From Bythopirellula sp. (GTDB lineage Bacteria > Planctomycetota > Planctomycetia > Pirellulales > Lacipirellulaceae), in assembly GCA_965216565.1 (NCBI GenBank), contig OZ244170.1:5024001-5088000 (forward strand): 64,000 bases of DNA. The letters are read 5' to 3'. The number at the start of each line of letters is the position of its first letter. The stretch's first letter is position 1. Both the position numbers and the translations under genes were made by a program. Under the pieces are notes generated by a model, which was not told where the DNA came from, did not search any database, and saw only the letters and a list, made by a program, of their open reading frames with translations. This document shows positions 29,582 to 39,519 of the stretch, piece by piece.

Positions 29582-29619
29582 ACGCCCCTTCGCAAGCAAT
29601 TGCGGAGGGGTGTTTTTTT
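29582..29619 (+). terminator. Intrinsic terminator
   Basis: ACGCCCCTTCGCAA-GCAA-TTGCGGAGGGGTGT followed by a T run. Confidence 0.88.
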
Positions 29620-30095
29620 GTTGGGCAGCTCTTCGTAGGATGGCGATTAAGAATTCAGAATTGAAAATCAAGAACAGATTGGAGTGATTCGCTACGGTTG
29701 TTTACTCTGTGAAATCTCTAACAGAACAGTTGATTTCAATTCAACGACGCCTACTATGGAAGTAGAGGCAGATACGAAGAATCATTTGCCTTCCATTCTA
29801 TGAAAAGAATCCCAGGAACAGCTGGCTGTAAACACGAAATTTAGAGGTTTAGTCCCTCGTATCCACTTCGTTGCAGCTCGCTTTCGGCATTGGCATTCTT
29901 TCTTTCAGCACGGCCCGAATAGTGCGGTATTCATTGTTCGTGTGACTCAAGTCGAATGACAGCTCTGAGTTGCAACTAAGTCGAAAGTATTGTCTCAGCA
30001 CACCTATGCCCCGCTGTGTCCTTGCTTTTCATGCCTAGAGACACTGATAACTGCAATCACATCGTACAGAATAATAGCTAAGAGTCTCAGTAACT

Positions 30096-32093
30096 ATGAA
30101 TTTACAACTCATTTCTAGAGTAATTCTCACTTCAGTCGCGTTCATTGGTGCCATTCCATCTCATGCTGCCGACACGGTTGCCAGGCAATGGAATGAAGCT
30201 TTGCTGAATGCAATTCGACTAGATTTTCCGGCTCCGACCGTCCACTCGCGGAACCTCTATCACAGTTCTGCTGCGATGTACGATGCTTGGACGGTTTTCG
30301 ACAACACATCCGAGGGTATTTTCTATCAGCAGAAGCATACCGCACTAGATGTTGAAGCAGCAAGAAACGAGGCAGTCAGCTACGCCGCTTATCGAGTGCT
30401 GTCGCAGCGGTATACGCTGGCGGTTGATCCCAATGCATCACAAATGTTGTTCGACAACGTCATGTCCAGCTTGGGCTACGATCCGGGGGTTACGACAACT
30501 GTTGGTGATACGCCTGCCGCCATTGGCAACAGAATTGCGGAGCAAATCCTAAGTTCGCAGCTTAACGATGGCTCGAATGAGGCCAACGGCTATGCGGACG
30601 ATACCGGGTATGTACCCACTAACGATCCCATGATTGTAGATCACCCCTCAATTACAGGTCCAGGCGGAAATCCTCTGGCGAACCCCAACCGCTGGCAGCC
30701 TCTGTTTATCAATTCGGCTGTCACTCAAAACGGGTTACAGGGACAAGACTTGCAAGAATACATTGGCCCCCACTGGGGAAATGTCGAAACATTCGCATTG
30801 GGAAAGGTTGGCAACCCCCCAGGTCCACACAGTTGGTCGGCAATCGATCCCGGTCCACCTCCGGAGCTTAACGGGGTGGGAGACATTGAGTATCGACAAC
30901 AAACAGTTGAAGTATTGAGGTATAGCAATCTATTGGATCCCAATCAGGGAAACGGAACGCAACTGATTGACATTTCTCCTGCTAGCCAGGGGAACCGCAT
31001 CGTAGGCACTCAAAAGTTTCCTCTCAACCTTACCGGTAACGAAGGATATTCAGTGAACCCCTTTACCGGTCAGCCATACCAAGAGCAACTTGTGAAGCTT
31101 TCCGACTACGGGCGCGTGCTCGCAGAATACTGGGCGGATGGACCTGAATCGGAGACGCCACCCGGTCACTGGAATGTGATCGCCAACGAGGTGTCAGACA
31201 ATCCATTGCTTGAGAAGAAAATCAAAGGCAATGGCCCAGTGGTTTCAGATTTGGAGTGGGACATCAAGCTCTACGCTGCACTCAATGGTGCGGTACACGA
31301 TGCTGCTGTAGCAGCTTGGGGAACGAAGCGTGAATACGACTACGTCCGACCGATTACTAAGATTCGCTATCAGGGGGGCCTGGGACAATCTTCCGATCCC
31401 AACGACACGGCAACCTATCACCCAGATGGCTTGCCACTGGAAGCCAATCTTATTGAGGTGATTACTGCTAGTTCTATTGCTGAAGGTGGAAAACATCGCA
31501 ATGCGTATTTGAATGCCAATCGACTCTCCAACGGAGCTTTCGTCCCCAACCTGAATCTTACCGAGGCTCAAATGGTTGGAAAGATCGCAGTGAAAGCGTG
31601 GAATCATGAACCAATCGATCCCAACACGGAAGTGAGCGGAATTGAATGGATACTTTCAGAGAATTGGGTTCCTTATCAGCAGGACAACTTTGTTACGCCC
31701 GCGTTCGCGGCCTACGTATCTGGGCACAGCACTTTTAGCCGTGCTGCAGCCGAGGTGATGTCTTTATTCACCGGAAGTGAGTACTTTCCTGGTGGGTTGG
31801 GAGAATTAACTATTGGCATGAATGATTTCCTCGACTTTGAAATCGGACCCTCCAGTGACATCACTTTGCAGTGGGCAAAATATTCTGATGCTGCCGACGA
31901 AGCGGGGATTTCCAGACTCTACGGTGGAATTCATGTTGCTCCCGATGATTTTGCAGGCCGCATTATGGGTTCCACCATCGGTAAAGATGCATTCGCACTG
32001 GCGATGCGTTATTTCCAGGGTGTGCCCGAGCCGAGTGCTTTGCTGTTAGCAGGAATGGGGATCTTCGGCATGCTTGCTCGCCGGCAACGCTAA
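30096..32093 (+). CDS. Vanadium-dependent haloperoxidase / PAP2-superfamily enzyme with PEP-CTERM
   Basis: [26 protein letters not shown] vanadate/phosphate-site motifs; signal peptide; VPEP-TM-RRQR. Confidence 0.88.
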   Translation: MNLQLISRVILTSVAFIGAIPSHAADTVARQWNEALLNAIRLDFPAPTVHSRNLYHSSAAMYDAWTVFDNTSEGIFYQQKHTALDVEAARNEAVSYAAYRVLSQRYTLAVDPNASQMLFDNVMSSLGYDPGVTTTVGDTPAAIGNRIAEQILSSQLNDGSNEANGYADDTGYVPTNDPMIVDHPSITGPGGNPLANPNRWQPLFINSAVTQNGLQGQDLQEYIGPHWGNVETFALGKVGNPPGPHSWSAIDPGPPPELNGVGDIEYRQQTVEVLRYSNLLDPNQGNGTQLIDISPASQGNRIVGTQKFPLNLTGNEGYSVNPFTGQPYQEQLVKLSDYGRVLAEYWADGPESETPPGHWNVIANEVSDNPLLEKKIKGNGPVVSDLEWDIKLYAALNGAVHDAAVAAWGTKREYDYVRPITKIRYQGGLGQSSDPNDTATYHPDGLPLEANLIEVITASSIAEGGKHRNAYLNANRLSNGAFVPNLNLTEAQMVGKIAVKAWNHEPIDPNTEVSGIEWILSENWVPYQQDNFVTPAFAAYVSGHSTFSRAAAEVMSLFTGSEYFPGGLGELTIGMNDFLDFEIGPSSDITLQWAKYSDAADEAGISRLYGGIHVAPDDFAGRIMGSTIGKDAFALAMRYFQGVPEPSALLLAGMGIFGMLARRQR

Positions 32094-32179
32094 GATTGCA
32101 ACGCTTGGAACCTGTCACGCAATCGTGTAGATTTGCGTTTATTCAAGGTCCCTGCCCTCTCACCCCTGCTTCCCATCTA

Positions 32180-32614
32180 GTGAAATCTCTCACCGAAGAA
32201 CTTTGGATGGACATCCCCGAGCGGCGGGCGATTGTTTCCTTGCACCAGGATGTCGAGCGGCTCGTGACGGAGAGTGGCGTGCAGGAGGGAATTGTCTTGG
32301 TAAACGCCATGCACATCACCGCCAGCGTGTTTATCAACGACAACGAGTCGGGACTGCATGCCGACTACGAGCGGTGGCTGGAGGGCCTGGCACCGTTCGA
32401 CGCGGGCAGCGACCCCGGCTCCGGCGGGTATCTGCACAATCGCACGGGCGAAGACAATGCCGACGCCCACCACAAACGACAAATCATGGGCCGCGAGGTG
32501 GTGGTGGCCATCACCGAAGGCAAGCTGCACCTTGGGCCCTGGGAACATATCTTCTATTACGAATTCGACGGCCGCCGCCGCAAACGCGTGCTGGTCAAAA
32601 TCATCGGGGAGTAG
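32180..32614 (+). CDS. yjbQ: YjbQ/UPF0047 family (secondary thiamine-phosphate synthase)
   Basis: [37 protein letters not shown] start at 32180. Confidence 0.92.
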   Translation: MKSLTEELWMDIPERRAIVSLHQDVERLVTESGVQEGIVLVNAMHITASVFINDNESGLHADYERWLEGLAPFDAGSDPGSGGYLHNRTGEDNADAHHKRQIMGREVVVAITEGKLHLGPWEHIFYYEFDGRRRKRVLVKIIGE

Positions 32615-32868
32615 AAACGCAGAGCTCGCTGAGAATCGCGGAGGGCCGCGGAGTGATATGTTTGCCGCGTTCTGTACCTTCTTTAAGTAGTTCAGCTTCG
32701 AAAGTTACTGTCATTCCGAGGTCTGCCGAGGAATCTAGCTAGACCCCTCGGCAGACCTCGGGGTGACAGTAGGCTTTGGCCTTTGCAGAACAACGGCTTA
32801 CTTGAGTAGCCACTCAAAATCCTGTCTTCCTCCGCGGCCCTCTGCGATTCTCAGCGAGCTCTGCGTTT
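32615..32868. repeat. Nested inverted-repeat element
   Basis: 39-bp IR (1 mismatch) at 32615-32653/32830-32868 enclosing a 32-bp IR at 32706-32737/32740-32771. Confidence 0.85.
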
Positions 32869-32870
32869 AC

Positions 32871-33689
32871 TCACTTCCGGATCATCTCCGAGAATTCCTC
32901 TCGCTCCGCATAGAGAATTGTCTTCGGCGTAATGTAAGCCGCGGCTTTGGTTTCTTCGAACGAACCCTTGCGGACGATCAGTCCTTCGTCGTACGCCATC
33001 TTTGCCGAATGGCCGGGGAGCAGCACGCGGTAGTCGTAGCGAATCCGCCGGGGGGAGATGCGGTTGATATGCCGAGCGATGTTGGTGGTGCAGTTGTTGG
33101 TCATCGTCTCGTAGAACTCCGGCTTGACGGCGAGTTCATTGACGCGGCCAAGCACGTCGGTCAGTAGCAGCCGCGCTTGATCGGGAGTGGCGGTTGTTTC
33201 GTAGAGGTAGACATCCTCGCGGCGATGATTGCCACGCACATTCACTACGTCGCGTTCGTCAGCCAGCACATACATCAGCTCGTATTGCCGAGCACTCCCT
33301 TTCCAAGCTGCGTACTCTTCTCCCACTTCCTTGCGAATCTCTACGCTCACGGCCAGGTGTTCCGGTTTGCCTGGTTCGTTTTCGAATTCGAAACTCAGCA
33401 TCGTGTGCGCGATAGCGGGCATGTTTTCGAATGGGATCACAAAGAAGTCGACACCTCGTAGGGCGTTGAGATCGTATTGCCGATTATTGTGCTCCACAAC
33501 GTAGGTCTCCTCGTCAAAGTACCGGCAATGGCGAACATTGTGGACGACGACCTGGTTCCCCGTAAACTCGGCGTAGGGAAGCACCGCCTGGTCGGGCGAC
33601 CAGTTTCGAGTATTCGAAGGGGCTACGATCTTCGCCGCACTTTGGCAACCGAAGAGAGCAACCAGCAGCAGGAGCCACGGTGTCCGCAT
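32871..33689 (-). CDS. DUF4105 (Lnb-like) domain lipoprotein
   Basis: Lipobox LFGC; AHTMLSF, SVEIRKE, FYETMTNNCTTN. Confidence 0.85.
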   Translation of the reverse strand: MRTPWLLLLVALFGCQSAAKIVAPSNTRNWSPDQAVLPYAEFTGNQVVVHNVRHCRYFDEETYVVEHNNRQYDLNALRGVDFFVIPFENMPAIAHTMLSFEFENEPGKPEHLAVSVEIRKEVGEEYAAWKGSARQYELMYVLADERDVVNVRGNHRREDVYLYETTATPDQARLLLTDVLGRVNELAVKPEFYETMTNNCTTNIARHINRISPRRIRYDYRVLLPGHSAKMAYDEGLIVRKGSFEETKAAAYITPKTILYAEREEFSEMIRK

Positions 33690-33856
33690 CAGATTGGATC
33701 ACAGGGAAAAGGAGCGAAAAGAGAAAAGCAGGGGAGTTTAGCGAGCAGGCAAAAGGCTAGCAAGACCGCCCAGTATGATAGCTTCCGCATGTTAGAATAG
33801 AATTATCAGTCTTCTCTATTTACGCTTCGCGGTCCAAGCATCGAGAATTCACGAGC

Positions 33857-35143
33857 ATGATGTCCCATCCCGACCAGCCGAAGGTCCGCCCATTGGAGCT
33901 AGTTCCGCTATCTAGCCAGCGGGGGATGTATGCACTGCGCGATCCCCACGGCTTCACTGGTACGGTGGCCTTGCCGTTTGCCGCGGCGAAGTTGGTAACG
34001 CTGATGAATGGTGAGCGGACGTTGGGCGATTTACGCCGCGATTTTGAAGAGCACGTCGGCAAGTCGGTCACCCTCGACTACGTGCGGCAAGTCGTCGAGC
34101 AATTGGACGACCTCTATTTTTTAGACAACGAGCGATTCGCCGATCACGAGGCTGCCCAGATTGCTGAATACCAACTGCTTGATGTCCGCCCCGCTGCCCA
34201 TGCGGGGGGGGCTTATCTGGAAGAGGAATCGGCACTGCGCGAACAACTCAGCAACCTCTTCACGTGTGACCAGGGCCCTGGCATTCTCCCCTGGGAGGGA
34301 AACGTAAACAGCGACTTTTCAAATGCGAGCCCTGACCGACTCTGTGGGGTGATGAGCCCCCACATTGATTTCCATCGTGGCGGACCTACCTTCGCTTGGG
34401 CCTACGATCGGATTGTCACGGAGTCGGATGCAGAACTATTTGTCATCTTGGGAACGGCTCACACTGCCTTGTCGGGGTTATTTAGCGTTTCGCAGAAACA
34501 CTTTGATACACCATTGGGCCAAGCAGAGACCGATCGCGATTTCGTAGAGAGTCTCTATCGGCGATTTCAGTTGCGAACGGACGAGGCGGCGGCCCTGCAA
34601 GTCTTCCGCGATGAATTGCCGCATCGGCACGAACACTCGATAGAGTTTCAGGCTTTGATGTTACAGTTTGCATTGGGAGGCAGACGCGACTATCGGATCG
34701 TGCCGATCCTAGTGGGCTCGTTTCACCCTTTCATCACCCAAAGCCGACTGCCTAACGAATCAGCGGCAGTCGATAGCTTTGTATCCGCTTTGCAAGAGAC
34801 GGTAGCTGGTTGCCGTAAGAAGGTGTGCTTTGTGGCTGGCGTAGACATGGCCCATATTGGCTCGCAATTTGGTGATGAAGGCGAAGTGGACGACGAGCGG
34901 CTCAAAGAACAATGGGCCGACGACCAGCAACTATTGTCCCAAGCATGTGCCGCAGACTCAGCAGGGTGGTTCCAGCACGTCGCAGCCTCGAAAGACCGAA
35001 ACCGAATTTGCGGCCTAGCTCCCGTGTACACAATGCTGGAAGCCACAGGCACGCATCGCGGCGATCTCCTGCGGTACGACCAGGCCGTGGCTGAAGATGG
35101 GTCGTCGTGTGTCAGCTTTGCCAGCGTGGCATTCTACGAGTGA
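33857..35143 (+). CDS. amrB: AmmeMemoRadiSam system protein B (MEMO1 family), long form
   Basis: RPAAHAG, SPHID, GTAH, EHSIEFQ, DMAHIG, ICG motifs. Confidence 0.9.
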   Translation: MMSHPDQPKVRPLELVPLSSQRGMYALRDPHGFTGTVALPFAAAKLVTLMNGERTLGDLRRDFEEHVGKSVTLDYVRQVVEQLDDLYFLDNERFADHEAAQIAEYQLLDVRPAAHAGGAYLEEESALREQLSNLFTCDQGPGILPWEGNVNSDFSNASPDRLCGVMSPHIDFHRGGPTFAWAYDRIVTESDAELFVILGTAHTALSGLFSVSQKHFDTPLGQAETDRDFVESLYRRFQLRTDEAAALQVFRDELPHRHEHSIEFQALMLQFALGGRRDYRIVPILVGSFHPFITQSRLPNESAAVDSFVSALQETVAGCRKKVCFVAGVDMAHIGSQFGDEGEVDDERLKEQWADDQQLLSQACAADSAGWFQHVAASKDRNRICGLAPVYTMLEATGTHRGDLLRYDQAVAEDGSSCVSFASVAFYE

Positions 35144-35261
35144 AGTTTGAATTGTGAAGTGTGATCTGTGAAGTTACAAGGAGCTAACCGCACAGTTACC
35201 TTGGAATGAAGCACACTTCAACAAACACACTTCAAACTTCTAACTTCAAAATTTTCACTTC
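35141..35261. repeat. Inverted arrays of degenerate 7-nt repeats between convergent amrB and hisG
   Basis: TGAAGTT/TGAATTG/TGAAGTG at left; complementary ACTTCAA/ACTTCTA at right. Confidence 0.65.
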
Positions 35262-35262
35262 C

Positions 35263-36117
35263 TTACAGTCTGCAATTTGCAATCGCTGTTTCGAGAATTG
35301 CCGTTGCGCCCAGGGTTTCGAGTTGTTCCATGATCTCGATGACTTCGCCCCGCTTGACCATCGCACGGACGCTAAACCAGTCTTCTTCTTCCAATCGGCT
35401 CACGGTGGGCGACTCGAAGCCAGGGGTGATTTTCTCTGCTGCGGCGAGCTTATCGGCAGGGACGTTATATTCCAGAAGTGAGTAAGCTCGAGCGATGACT
35501 ACCCCTTCAAGCCGACGGACGATGCGGTCGGCCAGATCGGTATGCTTTGTTGCGGGGCTCTGGACAAGCACTGTTTCGTATTTGCCGATCTCTTCGAGTA
35601 TGCGAAGCCGATTCGCGGCCAGCGTGCTGCCGGTTTCGACCAGATCGACAATCGCATCGGCAATACCCAGGGCGATCATTACTTCGACTGAGCCGGTGAG
35701 TTTCACAATATGGGCCTCGGCCCCCTGCCCTGCCAGAAACTGTTCGGTGACGTGTGGAAAGCTGGTTGCGATTCGTTTGCCCGCGAGATCTTTGGCACTC
35801 TTGGCAGCACACTCGTCTGGCACGCAAAAGGTAAGCCGGCAATTGCCCATTCCCAACTTTAGGCGTTCGGCGAGTTCCACGCCACTTTCACAAACCAGGT
35901 CACCACCGGTGATCCCCATATCGATGGCGCCTTCGGCGCACAGCACCGGGATGTCGTCGGTACGCAGGAACGTGATATCGATGGGCATTCCACGAACTCG
36001 GGCGAACAGACTCCGATTCTGGCGACGAAAGCTGAGCCCGGCTTCTTTAAGAAGCTGTGTGGAAAGATCGGCCAGTCGGCCTTTGCTGGGAACACCAATG
36101 CGGAGGTTTTCAGACAT
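35263..36117 (-). CDS. hisG: ATP phosphoribosyltransferase (long form)
   Basis: PSKGRL, RIATSFP, GSVE, DAIVDLVETGSTL, C-terminal regulatory domain. Confidence 0.97.
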   Translation of the reverse strand: MSENLRIGVPSKGRLADLSTQLLKEAGLSFRRQNRSLFARVRGMPIDITFLRTDDIPVLCAEGAIDMGITGGDLVCESGVELAERLKLGMGNCRLTFCVPDECAAKSAKDLAGKRIATSFPHVTEQFLAGQGAEAHIVKLTGSVEVMIALGIADAIVDLVETGSTLAANRLRILEEIGKYETVLVQSPATKHTDLADRIVRRLEGVVIARAYSLLEYNVPADKLAAAEKITPGFESPTVSRLEEEDWFSVRAMVKRGEVIEIMEQLETLGATAILETAIANCRL

Positions 36118-36140
36118 TTGTTGATTTCAGAAGACAATGG

Positions 36141-36479
36141 TTATTTGTTGCGATTCGCTTTTTCGTCTAGTCCAGAGACACCCGTACGTCGGTCGAGTTC
36201 AGTCTCGACCTCGGCCAATGTAATACCCCGCCAAGCTAGTAACACCATGAGGTGATATAGCACATCGCCGGCTTCCCGGATGGTATGTTGCCGACCTTCT
36301 TCATCGAGCTCGCCAGCCGCTTCCACGACTTCAGCCGCTTCTTCGAGGATCTTTGCCCCAATTTTGGCAACGCCGCCTGCCAGCAATTTAGCCGTATAGG
36401 ACTTATCGCTAGGTGTGGACTGACGCGTCTGGATAGTTGCTTCCAACTCGTCGATTGGGCGGAGGGGGTTGTTGGGCAT
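36141..36479 (-). CDS. hisE: Phosphoribosyl-ATP diphosphatase
   Basis: SYTAKLL, KILEEAAE, EAGDVLYH. Confidence 0.95.
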   Translation of the reverse strand: MPNNPLRPIDELEATIQTRQSTPSDKSYTAKLLAGGVAKIGAKILEEAAEVVEAAGELDEEGRQHTIREAGDVLYHLMVLLAWRGITLAEVETELDRRTGVSGLDEKANRNK

Positions 36480-36613
36480 AGACTGACTGCGGTTAGGAAA
36501 CTGTGGGTTTTCCAAATGCTGATTGCAGCCCACAATGGGGGGGCAATCCAGTAGTTTAGGCGGTCATCGCACGGCTGGCAATTGCGACACAGCGAACCTT
36601 TGGACACGCCGTA

Positions 36614-37561
36614 ATGACAGAAATTAACCCTGCACGAGATTGCTGGTTTTTGACCGGGGCTACAGCCGTTGGGAAGTCGGATGTAGGCGTGGCGTTGGCT
36701 CAACAGATTGGGGCGGAAATTATTTCGCTCGATTCCATGGCTATCTACCGCGGGATGGACATCGGCACAGCCAAGCCATCCGCGGAGCAGCAGGCTCAAA
36801 TCCCGCATCACCTCATCGATATCGTTGATCCTCACGAAGAATACAGTATCGACCTCTATCTCAAGGCAGCCCATGAAAAAATGGAGGAGATCCTGCGGCG
36901 AGCGCGGCAAATTTTATTCGTCGGGGGGACTCCATTGTATTTGAAGGCTTTGCTACGGGGCTTGGCTACCGGCCCTCCGGCGAATTGGGAAATGCGGAAA
37001 GAGATAGAACAGGAAGTAGCTGAGGTCGGCAACCAGGCCCTCTTCGAACGCTTGGAAAAAGTCGATCCATTGGCCGCTTCGCAAATTCATCCGCACGATA
37101 CGCGACGGTTGATCCGAGCATTGGAAGTGTTCCGATCCACCGGTGAACCAATTAGCCACAATCAAATGCATTTCGACGAAGGTCTCCCAGCCGAGGAGTG
37201 CCGCGTGTTTGTCTTGCGACGACCTCGAGAGGAACAGCACGAGCGGATCAATCTCCGTGTCGATCAAATGATCGAACGTGGATTGATCGAAGAAGTGCAG
37301 GCTCTGATTTCGCAGCCAGAAGGTTTGGGGAGAACAGCAAGCCAGGCGGTTGGATATCGGGAAGTTAGGGAATACCTAGAGGGAGAATGCGACCGCGAGC
37401 GGATGATTTCGAACATCAAGACTCGGACCCGTCGCTTTGCCAAACGACAGGGGACCTGGTTCCGCGGATTTAGCGAATGCCGGTTTGTGGATGTTGAGGC
37501 GGACGATGATGCGGACGGCATTGCCGAGAAGATTCTAACGGAGGGCCCGCAGAGTAGCTAA
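36614..37561 (+). CDS. miaA: tRNA dimethylallyltransferase
   Basis: GATAVGKS, DSMAIYRGMDIGTAKP, GGTPLY, AKRQGTWFR. Confidence 0.97.
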   Translation: MTEINPARDCWFLTGATAVGKSDVGVALAQQIGAEIISLDSMAIYRGMDIGTAKPSAEQQAQIPHHLIDIVDPHEEYSIDLYLKAAHEKMEEILRRARQILFVGGTPLYLKALLRGLATGPPANWEMRKEIEQEVAEVGNQALFERLEKVDPLAASQIHPHDTRRLIRALEVFRSTGEPISHNQMHFDEGLPAEECRVFVLRRPREEQHERINLRVDQMIERGLIEEVQALISQPEGLGRTASQAVGYREVREYLEGECDRERMISNIKTRTRRFAKRQGTWFRGFSECRFVDVEADDDADGIAEKILTEGPQSS

Positions 37562-37637
37562 GGGCTGCTGAGTAGCGCTACGCCACGCCGCCTTGAAATC
37601 GGCACATGCTCTAAACTAGCCAAGAGAAGCCGATGAA

Positions 37638-37817
37638 CTAGAACCAGTTGTGAATTCAATGAGCCGAACGCGCTAGCGTCGGGTAGCATCGGAACACACC
37701 TAGACTTACGATACCCGCGGCTAGCGCCGTCGGCTCATTTAGAACTGATCTGATTTTTGAAACTGGTTCTAGGAAACTCTCTCTGCGCAACTCGGCGTCC
37801 TCAGCGAGCTCTGCGTT
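37638..37817. repeat. Composite REP cluster: family 1 pair inside a CTAGAACCAGTT IR, plus a half-copy of the 32.6-kb family
   Basis: 37658-37685/37712-37739 match 7198-7276; 37638-37649/37761-37772 are a perfect IR; CTCAGCGAGCTCTGCGTT at ~37800 matches ~32850. Confidence 0.8.
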
Positions 37818-37834
37818 GAGTTCTCCGCCGAACT

Positions 37835-38827
37835 CTACGCTGAGCGCCTGGTAACGAACTGACACATCGTCAACAAAGCCTCTTTCGCCGGGGAGACGGG
37901 CAGGGCGGCGAGTTCTTGCTCGGCGAGTTGGCTATGTGCCAGGGCGACGTCGCGAGCGTGATCGAGCGATCCAGATTCTGCGAGCCAAGTGAGCAGTTGT
38001 GCATTCGGTTCTGCGACCAACTGGCGAAGTTTCTCCTGCTCCTCGGAACTAATCTCATCGCGGAGGTAGATGAGCGGCAGCGTCATTTTTTGCTTGGCCA
38101 AGTCGGTGCCGAGCGACTTGCCCGTTGTCGCTTCGTCCCCTTCCAAATCGAGGAGATCATCGGTGATCTGAAATGCGATTCCTAGGTGACGGCCGAAGCC
38201 CTCAAGACTGGTCACAACCTGCTCATCTCCGCCTGCGTAGTGGGCTCCCAGATTGCAGCAGCAGGCGCAGAGCTCAGCAGTTTTAGCGTCGATGATGCGT
38301 AAATACTGTTCACGGCTCAAATCGAAATTCCCGCTGGCCGCGTTCTGCAGTAGTTCGCCCTCGCAAACAATGTTCGTCGATCGGCCAATGGTGCGGCAGC
38401 CATAGGTCGTGTCCAGGGTACTCGCTAGATAGAAGGAGTGAGTGAATAGATAGTCGCCCAATAAAACGCTAACCTGATTCTCCCAGCGAGCATTAATGGT
38501 CTCCTCGTGCCGGCGAAGTGTGGCTTCGTCGAGAACGTCGTCGTGAATCAAAGTTGCCGTGTGAATCATCTCTACCACGGCAGCAAGCGTGTGATGGGCT
38601 GGATTCACTTCGCTCACAGCCTGCGCGGAGAGTAACAACAGTGCTGGTCGAAGCCGCTTGCCACCAACGCGATACGAACGCTGAGCCAACTCGTCGATGA
38701 AAGGATTGGAATGCTTCAACTCACCTTCGAGCAGCGCATCGGCAATCGCCAGGTCTCTTTTGATAGGCTCGAACAATTCGCGGAGCAAGGCTTGGGTGTC
38801 CATCGGAAGAGGTCGTACGGAGCTCAT
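37835..38827 (-). CDS. Polyprenyl diphosphate synthase (IspB-like)
   Basis: [25 protein letters not shown]. Confidence 0.95.
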   Translation of the reverse strand: MSSVRPLPMDTQALLRELFEPIKRDLAIADALLEGELKHSNPFIDELAQRSYRVGGKRLRPALLLLSAQAVSEVNPAHHTLAAVVEMIHTATLIHDDVLDEATLRRHEETINARWENQVSVLLGDYLFTHSFYLASTLDTTYGCRTIGRSTNIVCEGELLQNAASGNFDLSREQYLRIIDAKTAELCACCCNLGAHYAGGDEQVVTSLEGFGRHLGIAFQITDDLLDLEGDEATTGKSLGTDLAKQKMTLPLIYLRDEISSEEQEKLRQLVAEPNAQLLTWLAESGSLDHARDVALAHSQLAEQELAALPVSPAKEALLTMCQFVTRRSA

Positions 38828-39312
38828 GAGTTTCCTTTCTGCTCGCGATTATATTCACCACTCGCGCCGCCCGACTTCGTTTCGAGCTGAATTTGTTCGA
38901 TGACCATACCGCGGTCGACTGCTTTGCACATATCGTAAATAGTGAGCGCTGCAACGCTAGTGGCGGTAAGTGCTTCCATTTCCACGCCAGTTTTTGCAGT
39001 GACCTCAACGGTGGATTCAACTTGCAGTGCCTCATCGCCTTGGGGAGTGAAGGCTATCTGAACCGACTCTAAGGCCAAAGGATGGCAGAGTGGGATTAAC
39101 TCTGCGGTTCTCTTGGCGGCCATAATACCTGCGAGACGGGCGACCTCCAGTACGTCGCCTTTCTTGTGTCCTCGCAAAAGGATCAAATTCAGCGTCTCCT
39201 GCCGCATCCGCACCACTCCACTGGCCCGTGCAATTCGGTGCGTGACGGCTTTATCAGCCACGTCAACCATACGGCTGGCCCCAGTCTCGTCAAAATGGCT
39301 TAGATCGGTCAT
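38824..39312 (-). CDS. moaC: Cyclic pyranopterin monophosphate synthase
   Basis: [36 protein letters not shown]. Confidence 0.96.
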   Translation of the reverse strand: MTDLSHFDETGASRMVDVADKAVTHRIARASGVVRMRQETLNLILLRGHKKGDVLEVARLAGIMAAKRTAELIPLCHPLALESVQIAFTPQGDEALQVESTVEVTAKTGVEMEALTATSVAALTIYDMCKAVDRGMVIEQIQLETKSGGASGEYNREQKGNS

Positions 39313-39461
39313 GGTCAAAGACGGAGGTTGGAAGGCGGAAGGGCTCAAAAACCCCATTGTAGGGGGTCTCGGCCATGCGTCGAGGTGGTTTGGCGATGGC
39401 ATCAAGTTCCAGAAGGAGAACCGGAGATCGGCCGCAGAGTTAACACAATGTGAGGTGAGAG

Positions 39462-39494
39462 CCCAAGCCGCGACTCTACGAGTCGCGGCTTGGG
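39462..39494. repeat. REP-like palindrome, family 2
   Basis: CCCAAGCCGCGACTC-TAC-GAGTCGCGGCTTGGG; 21 nt recur exactly at 42049-42069. Confidence 0.75.
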
Positions 39495-39519
39495 GAAACT
39501 GAAGGATTTCTGCCGTTTA

